Source: Ruditapes philippinarum (Eukaryota). Taken from it: 64,000 nt of DNA. The stretch covers positions 62,001 to 126,000 of the forward strand of contig NW_026864618.1 in assembly GCF_026571515.1 (NCBI RefSeq), read 5' to 3'. Position 1 is the stretch's first letter; each line of letters starts with the position of its first letter. Below, piece after piece: positions 40,001 to 53,412 of this stretch. Position numbers and translations under genes: made by a program. The notes under the pieces were generated by a model. It had not been told where the DNA came from. It made no database searches and saw only the letters and a program-made list of their open reading frames with translations.

Positions 40001-43000
40001 ACAGATGAGAAAAGTACAGTGATATTTCACATGTGGTTTAAAGATCTCATGTGAAAAAGGGTAATACCCAGTAAACAGTAATCGGTTTGATCGAGTTGTT
40101 TTTTGTTTTTGTTTTTTTTTTCGTGAGGGAAAATAGAAAATGCAGTATATGCCATGCCCCTTGGCACCGGCTTAAGCTGTAATCAGATTTCAAAATTATT
40201 GAATTGTATTTATATTGTGATGTGTTGTTGCTTTTTTGTTAAACAGCATGAAATCATTCTAGATTTATTAATTTATTGGAAAGTCATGCTGGATTGATGG
40301 TTTTATAAATTGTTCATATCAGTAAATCGCCATTCAAGTGATAAAGCAATATGCATTCTGAAAAACAGACCGAAAGTTAATTTCATTGCCATGTCGGATT
40401 CTTAAAACAGTGTTTACAGACATGTCCATGTCAGAGTCAATTAACATTAATTTTCAATTACTGAGGGCTGGTGTTTTCAATGTAAGAAATGAAAAAGGCA
40501 TTTTCGTCTTTTTACATATTGATAAAGACTTAATGATGTATTTGTAAACAAATAAATTGCCAAACACTTAATTTCAAAATATATACAACAGGAGAATATA
40601 TGAAAATATTTAACAGCAAGAAAAAATTTCGGTATACATGTATGTTAATAAAATTATTTAAACGAATTCGGCAGTTAAGTTAGTAAATGTGTCACGTGAC
40701 TTTTAAAAAACAACAACAACAAACAAACAACAACAAAGAAAAAACAAACAAAAAACATGATTTTCTCAAATTTATATCGTAAGATATAACGTTCGCTAAT
40801 ACATTGTTTATTAAAAATTAAAAAAAATAATATGGAGAGTTTTAAGAGTTTTGATATTTTTTTTCCTTTTAAAACGTTAGTTTGAAATCGTTGTTTGTGA
40901 GATGCCTTAGCTCCATACATATATTTATAGCTTGAATATTTCTACAGCCTGACAGACTGACAAAAAGTCTACTTTCCGTCTCAGAAACGCTGAATTAAGC
41001 CACAGACAGTCAGAACTGTATGCAATAAATGTCCTCAATTATTATATTACTATACAAGCAAACTAAGGAAAATAAAATATCTTAGCAACAATCATCAACC
41101 TCTAGTCAGAAATAGTTTGAGTCTCTGTACATGCCAATTTTAGCGTATTATTCAAAGGAAAATTGTTATGATATCACCTACAGTAACGCATCGAGTATGG
41201 TTCCTAATTAAAATATACACATACAATTAATTATTTTTATTAATGCATATATACATGCATATTTTTAACAGTCTTTCATAATCCTCCTTTTGAACCTTTT
41301 CTAAATGCATCCTTTAATGTAACGTTTAATAAGTTGAATGAATAATTAGTTTCATTAACAGTTATTCATTATCTAAATTACCACAGTTTGTGTCTGCAAC
41401 ATTGTGCAGTACAAACATTCTTTACAACTAGAATGTGAATGCAAATAACAGCACTTTTAATAATGTTCGGTACGAATCACACAGGTATTTTAACACGGGA
41501 GGTGCTCATAATCAGACTAAATTCTAGAGTACAATGTGGTTTCTTTTACCTCATACCCACAGACTCGAATTTAAACAGCCATATATACATGTCTGATGAT
41601 GCTATTAACGCCAATTATCACAAATACGTGCATATCATTCCAAAAATGTATTTTCACTTTGTTGGCAGCTTAAGATGAAAGGAGATCTGCATAAACTTGT
41701 TTACTCGTAAAACTGTATTTGTATTCGTAAAAACTTTTTTTTTTAAAACATCGAAGAAGGCAAATTGAATATGTTGCAAGCTCGGCTTCAATAGACGACA
41801 GTGATGAATGCAAGCTAGCTTTCGAGCCCCTTGCACCGATCTTAACAGGACATAAAAATGTTTTTTAATATAGAATTTCATAACATAGCCTATGTTCTTC
41901 ATACGGCAGTGATCATGGAACCTTCACTGTGACACAATTATGCCATCCTTTTTTTCTCAGCTTCTTTATATAACTTTTATTGTATTTGTTAGACTACTAT
42001 TTGCGGACCTTGTTACATGAAGTTTTGGCATATTTCTACACTTATCTCTGGATAATCAAATGATTTGTCGCTGATATGTATAATAACAACCAGTTCAGAG
42101 GAAATATCTGTCCGATTCTAAATATATCAACCATATAAACCGAGTAGGTTATATCATATTTAGACGCTCGTTAAAGATATTCTATGCTCAAATTTTATAC
42201 TTGAAAAAATTCATAATTGCTACACAGTCTATTTTAAAACATTAAATAAATGTGATTTTATTTTACTCAAAGAAAATATGTTATGTTTTTAACTTTTACA
42301 AACTGTGGGGGCACATAATATGAATATATAGCGTCATTAAAAAACTGGCATTTTTTTTAAAGAAAGGACATTCTTTACATAATAGGGAATAATAGGAAAT
42401 GCAGCTTCCCATACATTGTTTGTGTATTCTTTTATTCAAATAAGATACATCTAATAAGAATTTCATAGATTATAATAAATTTCTACGATAAATGTATTTT
42501 TCTCAAAGATGAGCATAGTACATCTTTAATTTTTGCGTCTAAAAATTGAATAAATGCACAGTATGCATCATTGTAATTGTTTAAATGTTATATACATTTT
42601 TGTAATTAGATATTTCGTTTCTGACATATGCACAAGTAATGTTATTATAATTTATAGTACTGAAATGAGCAACCGTAGTAAAACAAGTGTTAAATGATTA
42701 TCATTAATTTATAAAATAGGTACACAATACGGCTAATTTAAAGAAAATTTACTTGTTATTAAGATTTTCAAATGGACACTACAAAAAACTCTTCGGGTAC
42801 ATGTATAATTGCGGCAACCGTTTAAAAAACTTAATGAAATGTACACATAACATTTGAGTATTTCATTTTACTGTTTTGTCTCGCTCAACGTTTTAACTGG
42901 AATATAAAGTGGAGATGTAAGCAGTCGTAACACCTCGGCCTGCTGGCGGTCATGTGACCAGTTCACACCAAGATCAGCCGTCTGCGCTGTTCGTTGTTCA

Positions 43001-44616
43001 GTCAGTCCAACTTTTAAGAATTTCCCTAAAATGATGGACAGGTCCATTTACAAAATTTAGCGTAGCAAACTTTATACACTTTATCAAAGTTTAGCATTAC
43101 ATCTTAATCACTCCTAATGGCTTTTATAGATAAATTTAAGTGTAGAAGACCGCATCGAACATTTAAATGCATTTACAAATAGCTTTGATAAGACAAAATC
43201 AGAAATGGTTGAAACAAAAGCACTTTACACGTTATTTATTAACATAAATCTCACTCAATTGAATGTCTTGCTTTGTACTTGGACTAGTCTTGCAACCAGG
43301 TATAACTTTATATCTATGATTATAAATTCGCGATATGTGTTTGTCATTATCGTTGTCAGTACTTAAACTGTTTGGAACTTACAAGACTTCTATAAATTCT
43401 TAGTACACTGGATTATGAAATATGTTTGATGTAGTTAGTTTTGTCACAAAGTGTTTGCCATTTACTCATATTTGCAGTTTAACGTCACCGTTGTGCTTAT
43501 AAATATGTACAAAATACTTACTTTCATCTCGGTGAAGAACCATGTTATAGTGCATTTTTGTCTGATTATATTGTAATTGTAACAAAACTATATAGTAAAT
43601 GATTAAAAAAATCTTGAAATAAGAACTTTCTTATTAAACAGGTATGATATGCCAGAGGAAAAACTGATTTTCAACACCATTTATCCACTTCACTGGGCTA
43701 ATGCAATGTGCTTTGTGAAAAAATTCTTATTATACACCACAATTCCACATAGAATTCCGGAAACAAAGTCCTTAGAACGTCTGGATGCGTTTTTATTTAG
43801 ATTTGTGGTAGCGGTATCTGGCGTTGAATAAGCGGTTTTCAGATCTTATCTTTCTAAAGATTATATCTGAAAAACGCTCAAAACGGCAAAATTAAAAATG
43901 TTGCAGGCTCGGTTAACACTTTATTCTTTAGGGGTAAGGAACTCAGTGATAAGAGTTGAATAGATTTTTGCGTGTCTACTTCTTCCATGGGCTTTCAATA
44001 TGATAAAAATTACTCTCACAATGGCTTTGGTATTCTGTATACCAGTATGTTCAAAACATAAATAACCATCTGAATTAGAGACATTTGCGCAACCTATCAA
44101 GAAAAGAGTTTTAATTTTATACTTTGCGTGCTTTTATCTTTACAGTTCTAGTGACAGTTTAATAAATTGAAGTATCAGGTAAAAATGTATAATATAAATC
44201 AAATTAGCATAATTAAAAGTTAAGTAAAAAATACGAGAAGCACGTGTTTGCACGATAATACTTATTATATATTTCTTACTAAATTTTCGTAATAAAAATT
44301 TGAACCAGAAAGCGTTACCCTTTGTTCAATCTTTATGTTTTTATACAGTTGATAATTTATCTTTCATCCAAAGATAACAGTAAATCTGGTTCCTTCATAT
44401 GTTGCGGTTTACCATCACTTTTATATGGTCAATTAAAAATAAACAGAAGTTAAAATCTAACACTGTTTTAAATGAGAAAAGAGCAATTCTGTGGCTTCTG
44501 GAATCTATCCCAGAATGCCATTATCAATGGTACGTAAAATTTGAACTTTTCAAATATATTTCTCAAATTAGCAAATTGATAGATTTTTTAAATGAAGTGA
44601 CAACCATGTTGTCGAT

Positions 44617-44905
44617 TAAAGGCACACTAGACCCCAGAAATGCTTTTATTTCTTATTCGTTAGAAGCTTTTATTTTTTGTCGTCCTGTTATAGTTTCCAA
44701 AAAGTTACTCATTTGTCCCATCACCTGAACCATCTTTTGCTTCTGTTGCTTTTTTTGGCAATCAGTAGAAATATAGTAGTTTCGTATTTTGTAGGAAAGT
44801 AAAAAAACTAATATGTTTGCATTTTTGCTACTTTCAGGACAGATATATTCACATTCAGCGCTACTTTCTTCATATGATAAGCATCTAAAAAGCTCTAAAA
44901 CCATT
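44617..44905 (-). mobile_element. Dispersed MITE-like repeat family copy
   Basis: ttaaaggcacactagaccccagaaatgcttttattt...gttactcatttg...ttttggcaat is the reverse complement of 25190-25335. Confidence 0.65.
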
Positions 44906-45154
44906 ATTTAAATGTTATTATAATTGTTCAGTTCTGTTATTATTGAAACTATTGTTTGCCCTTTGTAAACTGTGAAATAAAATATTCTTTTCTGAAGCAT
45001 AATTTGCCTTTAAGTTGTAATATGTCTTTATAAAAATACATTCTCTTGTCTATAAATGGTTTGTCCATAAAAAGTTCAAACAATTAAACAGATACTCAGT
45101 TAATCAGAGACTTGCTTGATAAACGTAAATAAAAAAAGATACCTTAAATGAAAA

Positions 45155-45293
45155 CGTTGGTCTAGTGGTTAAGGTTTCTGCCTCTCAAACAAGGACTAGT
45201 GGGTTTGACTCCCACTGCGGCCACGACCATGTTTCCTAAGATGACGTAAGTATTGGTTAGTGTGTGTTAGGAAGCGGACTAGAGAGTGATTCG
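45155..45293 (+). mobile_element. tRNA-derived SINE (degenerate)
   Basis: Pol III box A tggtctagtggtt and box B gggtttgactccc, followed by a non-tRNA body (ccacgaccatgtttcc...ggaagcggactagagagtgatt); no complete cloverleaf. Confidence 0.7.
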
Positions 45294-47050
45294 TCGGGCT
45301 AACGATATTTAAACTTAAATTTAATTTTTGTATGCTTCAGTATACTGGAACGCAACGGATGAAATTTCTCCGGACATCTGTTATAAAAGTGCAGAAATTT
45401 TTTTATGCTCGGCAAATACTGTGGAACATTGAGGTTATTATTCTATATCAAATATGTTTGATTAGGAAGATCTAGTCATTAATTTGCACTTTTAATTTCA
45501 CTTGATGCCTTTGTGTGGTTGTTCCCATCTGTTAGCAACAAAATCAGGGTATTAGTTTTCGGTAAAATCGTTTTCATGACACAAAAGCATGATTAATATT
45601 GGTTTGTTTAATTGCCAATTTGAAACCTTACCCTGAAAATGTGTGAACTATCCACGCAGAAAATTTTACAACAATACCGCAGTAGCATCTAATATCTTCA
45701 ATATTTCATTGTTTATTAACATGTCAGTTTTGTTATTTTACCCGTTGATGTATAAATTATTTGACATTAATAAAGTTTAAAATAGACACTGAAAAGTTTT
45801 ATTTCATGGTTTCCAATGACGCGGATGCTTTGACCGACAGAACTGAGGTCTCAGACATAAATTTAGCAGTTAACCAATCAAATTGCTCATCAGGACGGAA
45901 CGCTTTCATTGAGGACTGCGCAAGCGTGAAATGAAGCGCTCGCGTCAACGCAGTTTGACAATCATAACGCTTCTGCTGATCGGTGATGATAGGAGAGGGG
46001 GTAACCCTAATGGGATTTGAAGCGCAAATCAGACATTGTTATTTTGACGGCATAAATGGTTCGGTAACATTTTGTCCCACTTTTAAAAGTCATAGAAATA
46101 AAGCATAGGAATGGCATTGATGTTATAAAAGACATACCCATATAATTTACATTTATTTCTTATAGAATTCTAAACAAAAGTTGTTGTTTTTGCTTTCTTT
46201 ATAAAAAGAGTCTATATATCAAGAAATATAATCACGCGTACATTTTGTATTTAATTTTTCTGATTTTACGTTATAAGTAAACTATTAGATAGGCTTGAAT
46301 GCTTTTTTGATCCGGTATTGGAAAGACAGAATGGAAAATAACGCTGCGGTCGCCTTATCGTTCACATAATTCACACTTTGGTTTAATTTCACATTTATTA
46401 AGGTCCCATTGTGGTTTTTGTGGTCAACAAGATCCTTGGAGAAAATTTTACGACAATCTGCAAGCGTGATAACCAGACGAAGATCTTGTTACAGCCTTTT
46501 ACATTACCCACTAGACTCTCGTAAATGGTTTCATGTCAAAATTACAATGTCTGACAAAAATGTTATCTTTTACATTCACTCAGTGTACCCAATTTTTATG
46601 GAGTAGTATTATTAATACAGTAAAGCTTTTGATACATTTTTTTTTTTGTATTTAAAAAAAATGATTTTTTTTATCTATTTCGTTGTGAAAAGATTTACAG
46701 GCACTTTCAGATTTACGAAATAGATTTTTTTCAATCATGATAAAAAATGTAGTGTGACTTTGTTTATGTTGACATTGAGAGGCAGTAAAACGCTCAAAAT
46801 ACATTTGCGCAGTTGAAAAAATAATATATTTAAGCATGATTTGCCAAAAGGCTTAATAAATCTCTGGAATTAATTAATAGAAAAAAACCAACACGTAGGC
46901 CGAGTGTATAATAAGGGTGCATCTACTTAATTTTCATTCAATGAGATATCCAGTAAATATTATTAATATCAGTTTTACAGAGAGACACCAGAGTGGTTTC
47001 ATTCACCTGTTCATGGAAGAAAGGGAACTGTTAAGTTCATCTTAGCCTAC

Positions 47051-47147
47051 GCGTGACGTAGCGGCAACTATCCTAAAGTGTTATTGTACACCGGTTTACC
47101 GTGAGAGTATTATATTGTGAAACTTGCTCTCTGCGTTTGCTATATAA
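47051..47147 (+). promoter_or_regulatory. Putative core promoter of copy J: CRE/ATF-like site + TATA box
   Basis: gcgTGACGTAg at 47054 and TATATAA at 47141, about 280 nt before the ATG; the same arrangement recurs upstream of paralogous copies. Confidence 0.55.
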
Positions 47148-47426
47148 CCAACACGGCAATGCTTGCTTTTATAAATAATTGTTACCTCGCTACGCTAAGC
47201 TATTGAAGTTTAAATAAGAGTGTTATTTAACACCCTACTTTAGTTAACAACTTATTTGTGTTATTGTAAGGGTTTGATTTAAGGGTTTTACTTTAAACAA
47301 ACTTCTTTATTGTGGCTCTTTCTCTCCAGACTGAGCACGGATTAATGTGATAGCGAGATATAGGTGTATTATACATTAAGATAAACGTATATAGAAATAA
47401 ACCGTCACTTTATCATATTACTGAAA

Positions 47427-47592
47427 ATGGAGCTTCGGACAGGGATTTATTTCATTTTACAATGTTTTGGAATTTCTGTTATTAATTGTAATATTAAACC
47501 TGCTACCGTTGGATTAATTGAAAATGCACCGAAATATGGGGCATATCCATATAAAAGCTCGAATGACAAATACATGGATCCTTGTAAAGCAT
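47427..47592 (+). CDS. BMP1: BMP1/Tolloid first coding exon, proximal copy J (intact)
   Basis: Hand translation: MELRTGIYFILQCFGISVINCNIKPATVGLIENAPKYGAYPYKSSNDKYMDPCKA plus T, donor GTAAGT at 47593; nearest copy to exon 2; absent from the ORF track because a stop follows within the intron. Confidence 0.9.
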
Positions 47593-48624
47593 GTAAGTAA
47601 AATATCATTATGATATATTTAAAAAGATATAGAAAACTAAATATTATAGTATTTATGTTAAAGAAAATTTATACATACAGTTTGCTTTTGTGTTTGTTTT
47701 GCCACATGCTGAGTGCATTAAATGCATATAAAATATATTATAAAGGCCTTCAGTAAATTAGTTAATGTTAAGTATGGATTAGGAGCATACATTTCTCCGC
47801 ATGAACATTTTATCTTTTTCTTCATCCGGGCATTTTACCCTTATATTCGTCATCAAAAGAATTATAAAAATGCATGTATCTATTATTCCGTTTACATTAA
47901 GCCATTAATAGTCAGACTTAAGTTTTTGTTGTGATTTTTTTTAATTCAGCCAAAATTTTATCTATATCGTTTTTACAGATGTCTATAGTAATAGGTAAAG
48001 TTTCTATAAGAAATTGATATCATCTATGCGTGTTTTTGTGTGTGTTTTTCGTTCATTTTAGGTCGTATTTTAGTGGATTTTGTAGTTGATTAAGATATAT
48101 TATTAAGGTATATTTGGGAACTCTCTTAGCCTGTGTAGTGTCAGAATTTGTAATACTGTAAATAATGAATGTTTGAATTGACATTCTATCTGTTTTCTCT
48201 CGATTTTTATTCCAACCGAGAATGTAAAAACTGACAAGCGGGAAGGTGTTTTCTTAAAAGAAGACTTTCATAGTAAAATAATTGCTCCTGACAAAATATA
48301 AATTAAAGCAACATTATCCATAAAAGTTAAGGAAAAAATAGCTTGAAACTTTATCCTTATTGATATAACTAATTATATCTGTTTACATGTAAAGATTTAT
48401 TATATTATCTGTGTCTGTACGATGTGTTTAGATAGAAATCATTTCTGTGCGTTCTTCTGTTCTGTTATAATAAGTACATCCCCAGTTGTGCGGTCTTGTG
48501 TGGTCAAAGTTAACAAGAACTCCGTTAAGATGTCTGTGTCTTCATATACAGTAAATTAGTGGGTCTGTAAAGCAGATAATACATACAAGATAATAATATA
48601 TACATACATAATTGTCATGACATT

Positions 48625-48712
48625 TCTATTTATTTTATTTTATTTTATTTATTTATTTATTTACAGATTTATTTATTTATTTATTTACTTATTTATTTAT
48701 TTATTTATTTAT
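48625..48712. repeat. (ATTT)n microsatellite
   Basis: Imperfect run of tatt/attt units; explains the FIYL-repeat ORF 48617-48841. Confidence 0.95.
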
Positions 48713-51700
48713 TCTTTAAAATCAGAAGCGCTAGAAGTTTTCATGACAATTTTTAAGAAGAAAAAACATATTTTGTTGGTGTTGTTGTTGTTGAATTATT
48801 TTTTCAGAGCGTTACGACAGTCTATCCCCTTCCAAAAATAATTTGTACTAACGTACTTATGTACGCCACTACACCATTTCAAAATATAGTATTTTCTTAA
48901 GTGTTCACAACTTTGACATGAAGATATTGCAAGTTAAATTGCTTTGCTGGTACTAAAATTGGGGGAGAAAAAAAACTTGCGTAAAAATTCTACTAGATCC
49001 TATCTGTACGAAAATGATGTTACGAGATCATAATCTTTACGGCCTATGAAAATTTCTGATCAGTATCTTTATTATCTTTTACACTGTTAACCAACCGGTG
49101 TACATTGTTGTGAAAGAAAGAAAAGTGTGCAAAGTACATTGCGTAGAAGAAGAAAAAAGACCCTTTTAATGTACCGGTATACTAAAATCAGGTCGTGTGG
49201 TTTGGTTTTCTAGTGCATATAGAGTAACAATACTTTCGTTTACATTGATGTAAGTGATGAACGATTTGTCCTTGTCTTTAAAAGTTTCAGCATGATATCT
49301 TATATTAATTAATGAACTGAGAGCTTTTTGTTACTTATCGTTTTAGAAAACCTTTAATATAGTTAACTATTTTGTTAACACACCGACTGGCCGTGATTGT
49401 ATTTCAACGCTTACCCGCTCTCCACAAGCAGATATCGACTTATCCACTTGAAATGTTCAAGAGTGGAAAAGAGCGGTACAAATCAAAATATTTTTTATTC
49501 CATTATTTCAACCGCAGCGCAAAAAAGCAAACCATAAGCAAGCGCTCTTTTTGTCGAAACGTGTTCAATGAGCCTGAAGCAGAAGTTGCACGGAATTCTC
49601 GTGTAGATTGTTCGATTTGATATTTCCCTAGATGAGCTCAAGTATACCCCAAGAATAGAATCATATCATTTTTCACTGCTTTTCTCATTAAACCGAGTGA
49701 CCCGTAACAAATTTACTTGGATGAAACTATCGTACCTTTATGAACTATCTGAAATTTGATAAAAAAAAAACTCAATATTATTCCAAAGACTTCTGTGTTT
49801 ATTCCGCATAGACATGCATTCGTCATATCAGGTTATTCAATTAAGCAATTATACAATGTTCCGACGTTATCATTCTAAATAATTCTCATTTCGTATAAAA
49901 CATACCGATTGACGTTTTACATCCATTAATTTTTCTCTCTCTCTCTCTTATTTTTTTTCATTTTGTTAGATTGATCGACAGCTAAACATTTATCAATCAA
50001 ATGATAAACTGTCTATTCCACGGAGATTTTACATCATCGTAACAAGAAGAGATTAGTTTAACATCAGGTTGTTATGGGAGGGATTCATCTTCTAGATTTT
50101 GAAAAGTTTATGTACACGTGTTTTATTGACTAGTTTCTTAGAATATAAAACAAAAACTTTCTGCAGTAAACTTGACGTAACTGGAGATCGAACTTACAGA
50201 ACCCATCTTAATTAAAACAGCAATTATTTAAAGGCGGTATGGACAATGTTTAATTCTTGACTGTGACAGAATATATACATTTTGAAATTAAATATGGTGC
50301 ACGAAGTTCATTTTATTGCTTTTGCATTTATATGTAATTGTAGAATTCTACATTTTGCCTGTGACATTTAACTTTATTCCAGTAGTGAAATAAGTTTGTA
50401 AAAAAATATAAGAAATAGGTACGTGAAAAAATATGTTTTTTATGTACTAGTAGTATCGCACATGAGTTAGCATATAATGAAAATTATACCGTGGAAAAAA
50501 TTGTTATAAAGCGAGCCTCTGGTCAGTTATTCACATGACGTCATTTGGTCAGCTGAGTAGTGTTAAACTTATTTGAATAACTATCAGGCAACGCAAGGGG
50601 TCAGGAAAGGAGCAGAAAAACATGTAAATGTACAAGTATATCAAAATAGCTAGTGAACTTAAATAAACCGCCATTACAACATTTATCTCCCTAATATTTT
50701 AAATTTAAAATATCAAAAAATGGAATAGATACTTTAAAGCAGTTCTACTTTTACGTGCTTCACGTGCACAACGGTAAATGAAGATGACTGAACGATGTTA
50801 TTTATATGCTATTTAAACGTAATTGCATTACAGTATGCTTTCTGGAAGGATAAATATCAAATATATCGTATTCACCTTATTGCGATGCAAACACAGTGTT
50901 GCATGTGGGAAAAACCTGCAGACGCTCACTGGGTTTGATCATTATTCTGTAATGGTAACATTTAGAATTAAAATAAGCCGCAGTAAATAGCATGATGTCT
51001 TAATAAACGCTCGTCTCATTTCAAAGTGGCAAATGAACTGTGAATAAACGAGAGAAAATATCTCGTCTGCGTGGTAGGTTTTTTTGCCACTCGTTTGTTT
51101 GTTTACTTCCTTGATAGTATAACATGAGACAACCTTTTTTTAATTATCGTTCTTAAACGATCTCAGGTTTTTGATAATTATGCTCTTTTCATCTATGTGT
51201 AAAGTTTCCATTAGTGTTTCTTATGGTATCACACTACTAAATAAAACTATTAAATTACTTACGTGCTTTATTAGGAATGTGAAATCTAAAAATGATCAAA
51301 GCATCATATTAAAACTTTTCATTTTAGAAACTAAGTGTGTGTGTGTAATGTTGTTGTTGTTATTTTGTGTGTGATTTTTTTTGAAGTTTAATTTACAAAA
51401 GGTTTTAAGGTAATTGTCTTTGAACAAAGAAAATACATAAATGCTTTTTTTAATTTGCAAAAGGGCTTTAGGTAATTGTTTTTCAACAATGAAAATACAC
51501 AAATGCATTCACAGTACATGTTTTTTTACAAACCATTCAGTATGAATGTAGAAAAAAGTTATTTCATTCACTCAAAAGGATTTTTCATACTATATTTTGG
51601 CGAATAACAACAGTGATATGTAGAACGGACAACATTAAAAAATACATTTTACATTTTGCTGGAGAGTTCTTAGTAAAATATCATTGCAGTGCTTTTGCTA

Positions 51701-52360
51701 TAGTGTTTTGTACAAATTTGCCCGAAAAGTGATTACAATACAGCTGTCTATTTCTAACATATAGATGTCAGACGCTGTTCCATTACACTGTCTTCATTTA
51801 ATGGCCGCCATTAATAGCTTATCTGGACACGTGGACGAGGAAAAAGTACCACAAGCATACTCCCAAACCGATGATTGTCTTTGATTACAAACGATTGCCG
51901 GCAATACTATGGTCATTCCATTTACCATAAAGTTTATTTCCGCGTTTATTAACCCCGTAATTGTAGCAATAGTGTCCAAACACTATCCGAAGAGACATCT
52001 TAATGGCGACATCTCGTTGTAATAACCTAAACGTGATCTCATTACGAGACCTTAATGAGACTTGGTTTTCTCTCATAAAAGGTTTAATGCTAAAATTACT
52101 ACAATTACTGCCTAAATAAAAATTGCGAAATTGTTTTAGTTCAATCGTTTCATGTTTTAGAAGCTATGCCTATCTTTTAATAGGGACATTGCTTAGATAC
52201 GACAAAAAGAAATGACACGAATTAAAAAAAGAAAATTGTGATGAGGTTTCCATTCATGTCCGTCCGTTCGTTCGTTTGAAGGTTTTCCAAATTTGCAAAA
52301 TTGTTTTTTGAATTTTATCACGTTTGATAAACACACTACAAGTATATTGTATATTTTCAG

Positions 52361-52610
52361 ATGGATTCTGGGGAGATATTGCCATGTCGGAGGAAGAATA
52401 TAATACATTTAAAAATCAAGAATATTTAGAAGAAAAGATGGAAACATCTATTTATGATCTTCAAATTGAAGACCCCTTAACTATGTATGGTGGGGGAAAG
52501 GGGCCATATTCCCATTTAGACAAAGAAAAAGAAGAAAAAGAAAAGAAGATGAGTAAAAATCACAAAGATAACAAGAAAAAGAAGAAAACAAGAAAAAGAT
52601 GTAGTAAAGG
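52361..52610 (+). CDS. BMP1: BMP1/Tolloid exon 2 (prodomain with FWGDIA motif, acidic then Lys-rich)
   Basis: Acceptor ttttcAG ending 52360; (Y)GFWGDIAMSEEEYNTFKNQEYLEEK...KKKKKTRKRCSK(G); donor GTATGC at 52611, phase 2. Confidence 0.92.
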
Positions 52611-53128
52611 GTATGCAAGTTTTATATAATTATATGCATGATAGTATCCACATCTTTGAAAATAAGCGTTATTTTGATCACGAAATTACAATGTTTGATT
52701 ATCTTAGCATTCTTTACTATGCCCTGGCAGAAATTGAAATGTCTTTTTAACAAGGTCAGAAGAAAGTATATTCGTTCTTGGTCTGTATAATCGCTTAATG
52801 TCTAAACAGAGAATAAAAGTAAGAAACTGAAAATCCCGAAGATTAGATTTTATTCCCCGTGGTTTCAACACAGGCATCTCAGCTCATAAAAATGTCTTTT
52901 TGGCAAAGTATGGTTTTAAAATTGTTTATGCAATCAAGAAGATGCTGTAAAACAAATGAAAGCTCTGTTGCAATTAGCTAGACGTTTTAGATCGATGTAG
53001 GTAGACGTTTTAAATCGGTGTACTTAAACGTTTAACAATCAGTGCAGGTAGACGTGAAGGTTGAACACTACTAAATGGTAGTAATTTTAGTAATTTGCAC
53101 GCTGTTTAGAATTCTGTGGCCCAAAAAA

Positions 53129-53412
53129 GCCGTCCGGTTAGCTCAATAGATAGAGCGTTGGACTGTGTTCGATTCCAGGACGGTGCAGGTCACTTTCGTG
53201 ATTGATCATGAAATCCTTTCTACGGTTATTCGCACTGTACCTCTGCTCTTGCATGTACAGAAGAAATCAGATCCTTGCGAAAGTGAACTAGAACTAGAAC
53301 TGGTAAACTGCTTAACAGCCTGCCAAGGAACGATGCGGTGACTGAATTGTGCTCTGGTAAATTTAAATGTGGCTTGCTGTCTGACCCGGAGTGAAAACTA
53401 CCAACACCACCA
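53129..53412 (+). mobile_element. tRNA-derived SINE with 13 bp target-site duplication (intron 2)
   Basis: Box A tagctcaatagatagagc, box B gttcgattcc, body gattgatcatgaaatc..tctacgg..gcgaaagt..tggtaaactgctta..gcctgccaaggaa (resembles the molluscan Meta-domain SINE core, from memory), cca/cac-repeat tail; TSD ctgtggcccaaaa (53114-53126) / ctgtggtccaaaa (53413-53425). Confidence 0.85.

Noticed and set aside
45155-45225. tRNA gene
   Set aside because: No acceptor stem pairing; followed by a SINE-type body.
5046-47592. Cluster of complete tandem BMP1 paralogous genes
   Set aside because: I found no second exon 2 (FWGDI) or astacin exon between the first-exon copies; only promoter, exon 1 and proximal intron were duplicated.
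5046-47592. Dscam-style mutually exclusive internal exons
   Set aside because: Intact copies begin with their own ATG and signal peptide and most have an upstream promoter-like module, which fits alternative first exons; a shared non-coding upstream exon outside the window cannot be fully excluded.
48617-48841. FIYL-repeat membrane protein ORF
   Set aside because: Translation of an (ATTT)n microsatellite.
53129-53185. tRNA gene
   Set aside because: Has A and B boxes but the anticodon/variable region is deleted, and it continues into a SINE body flanked by a TSD.
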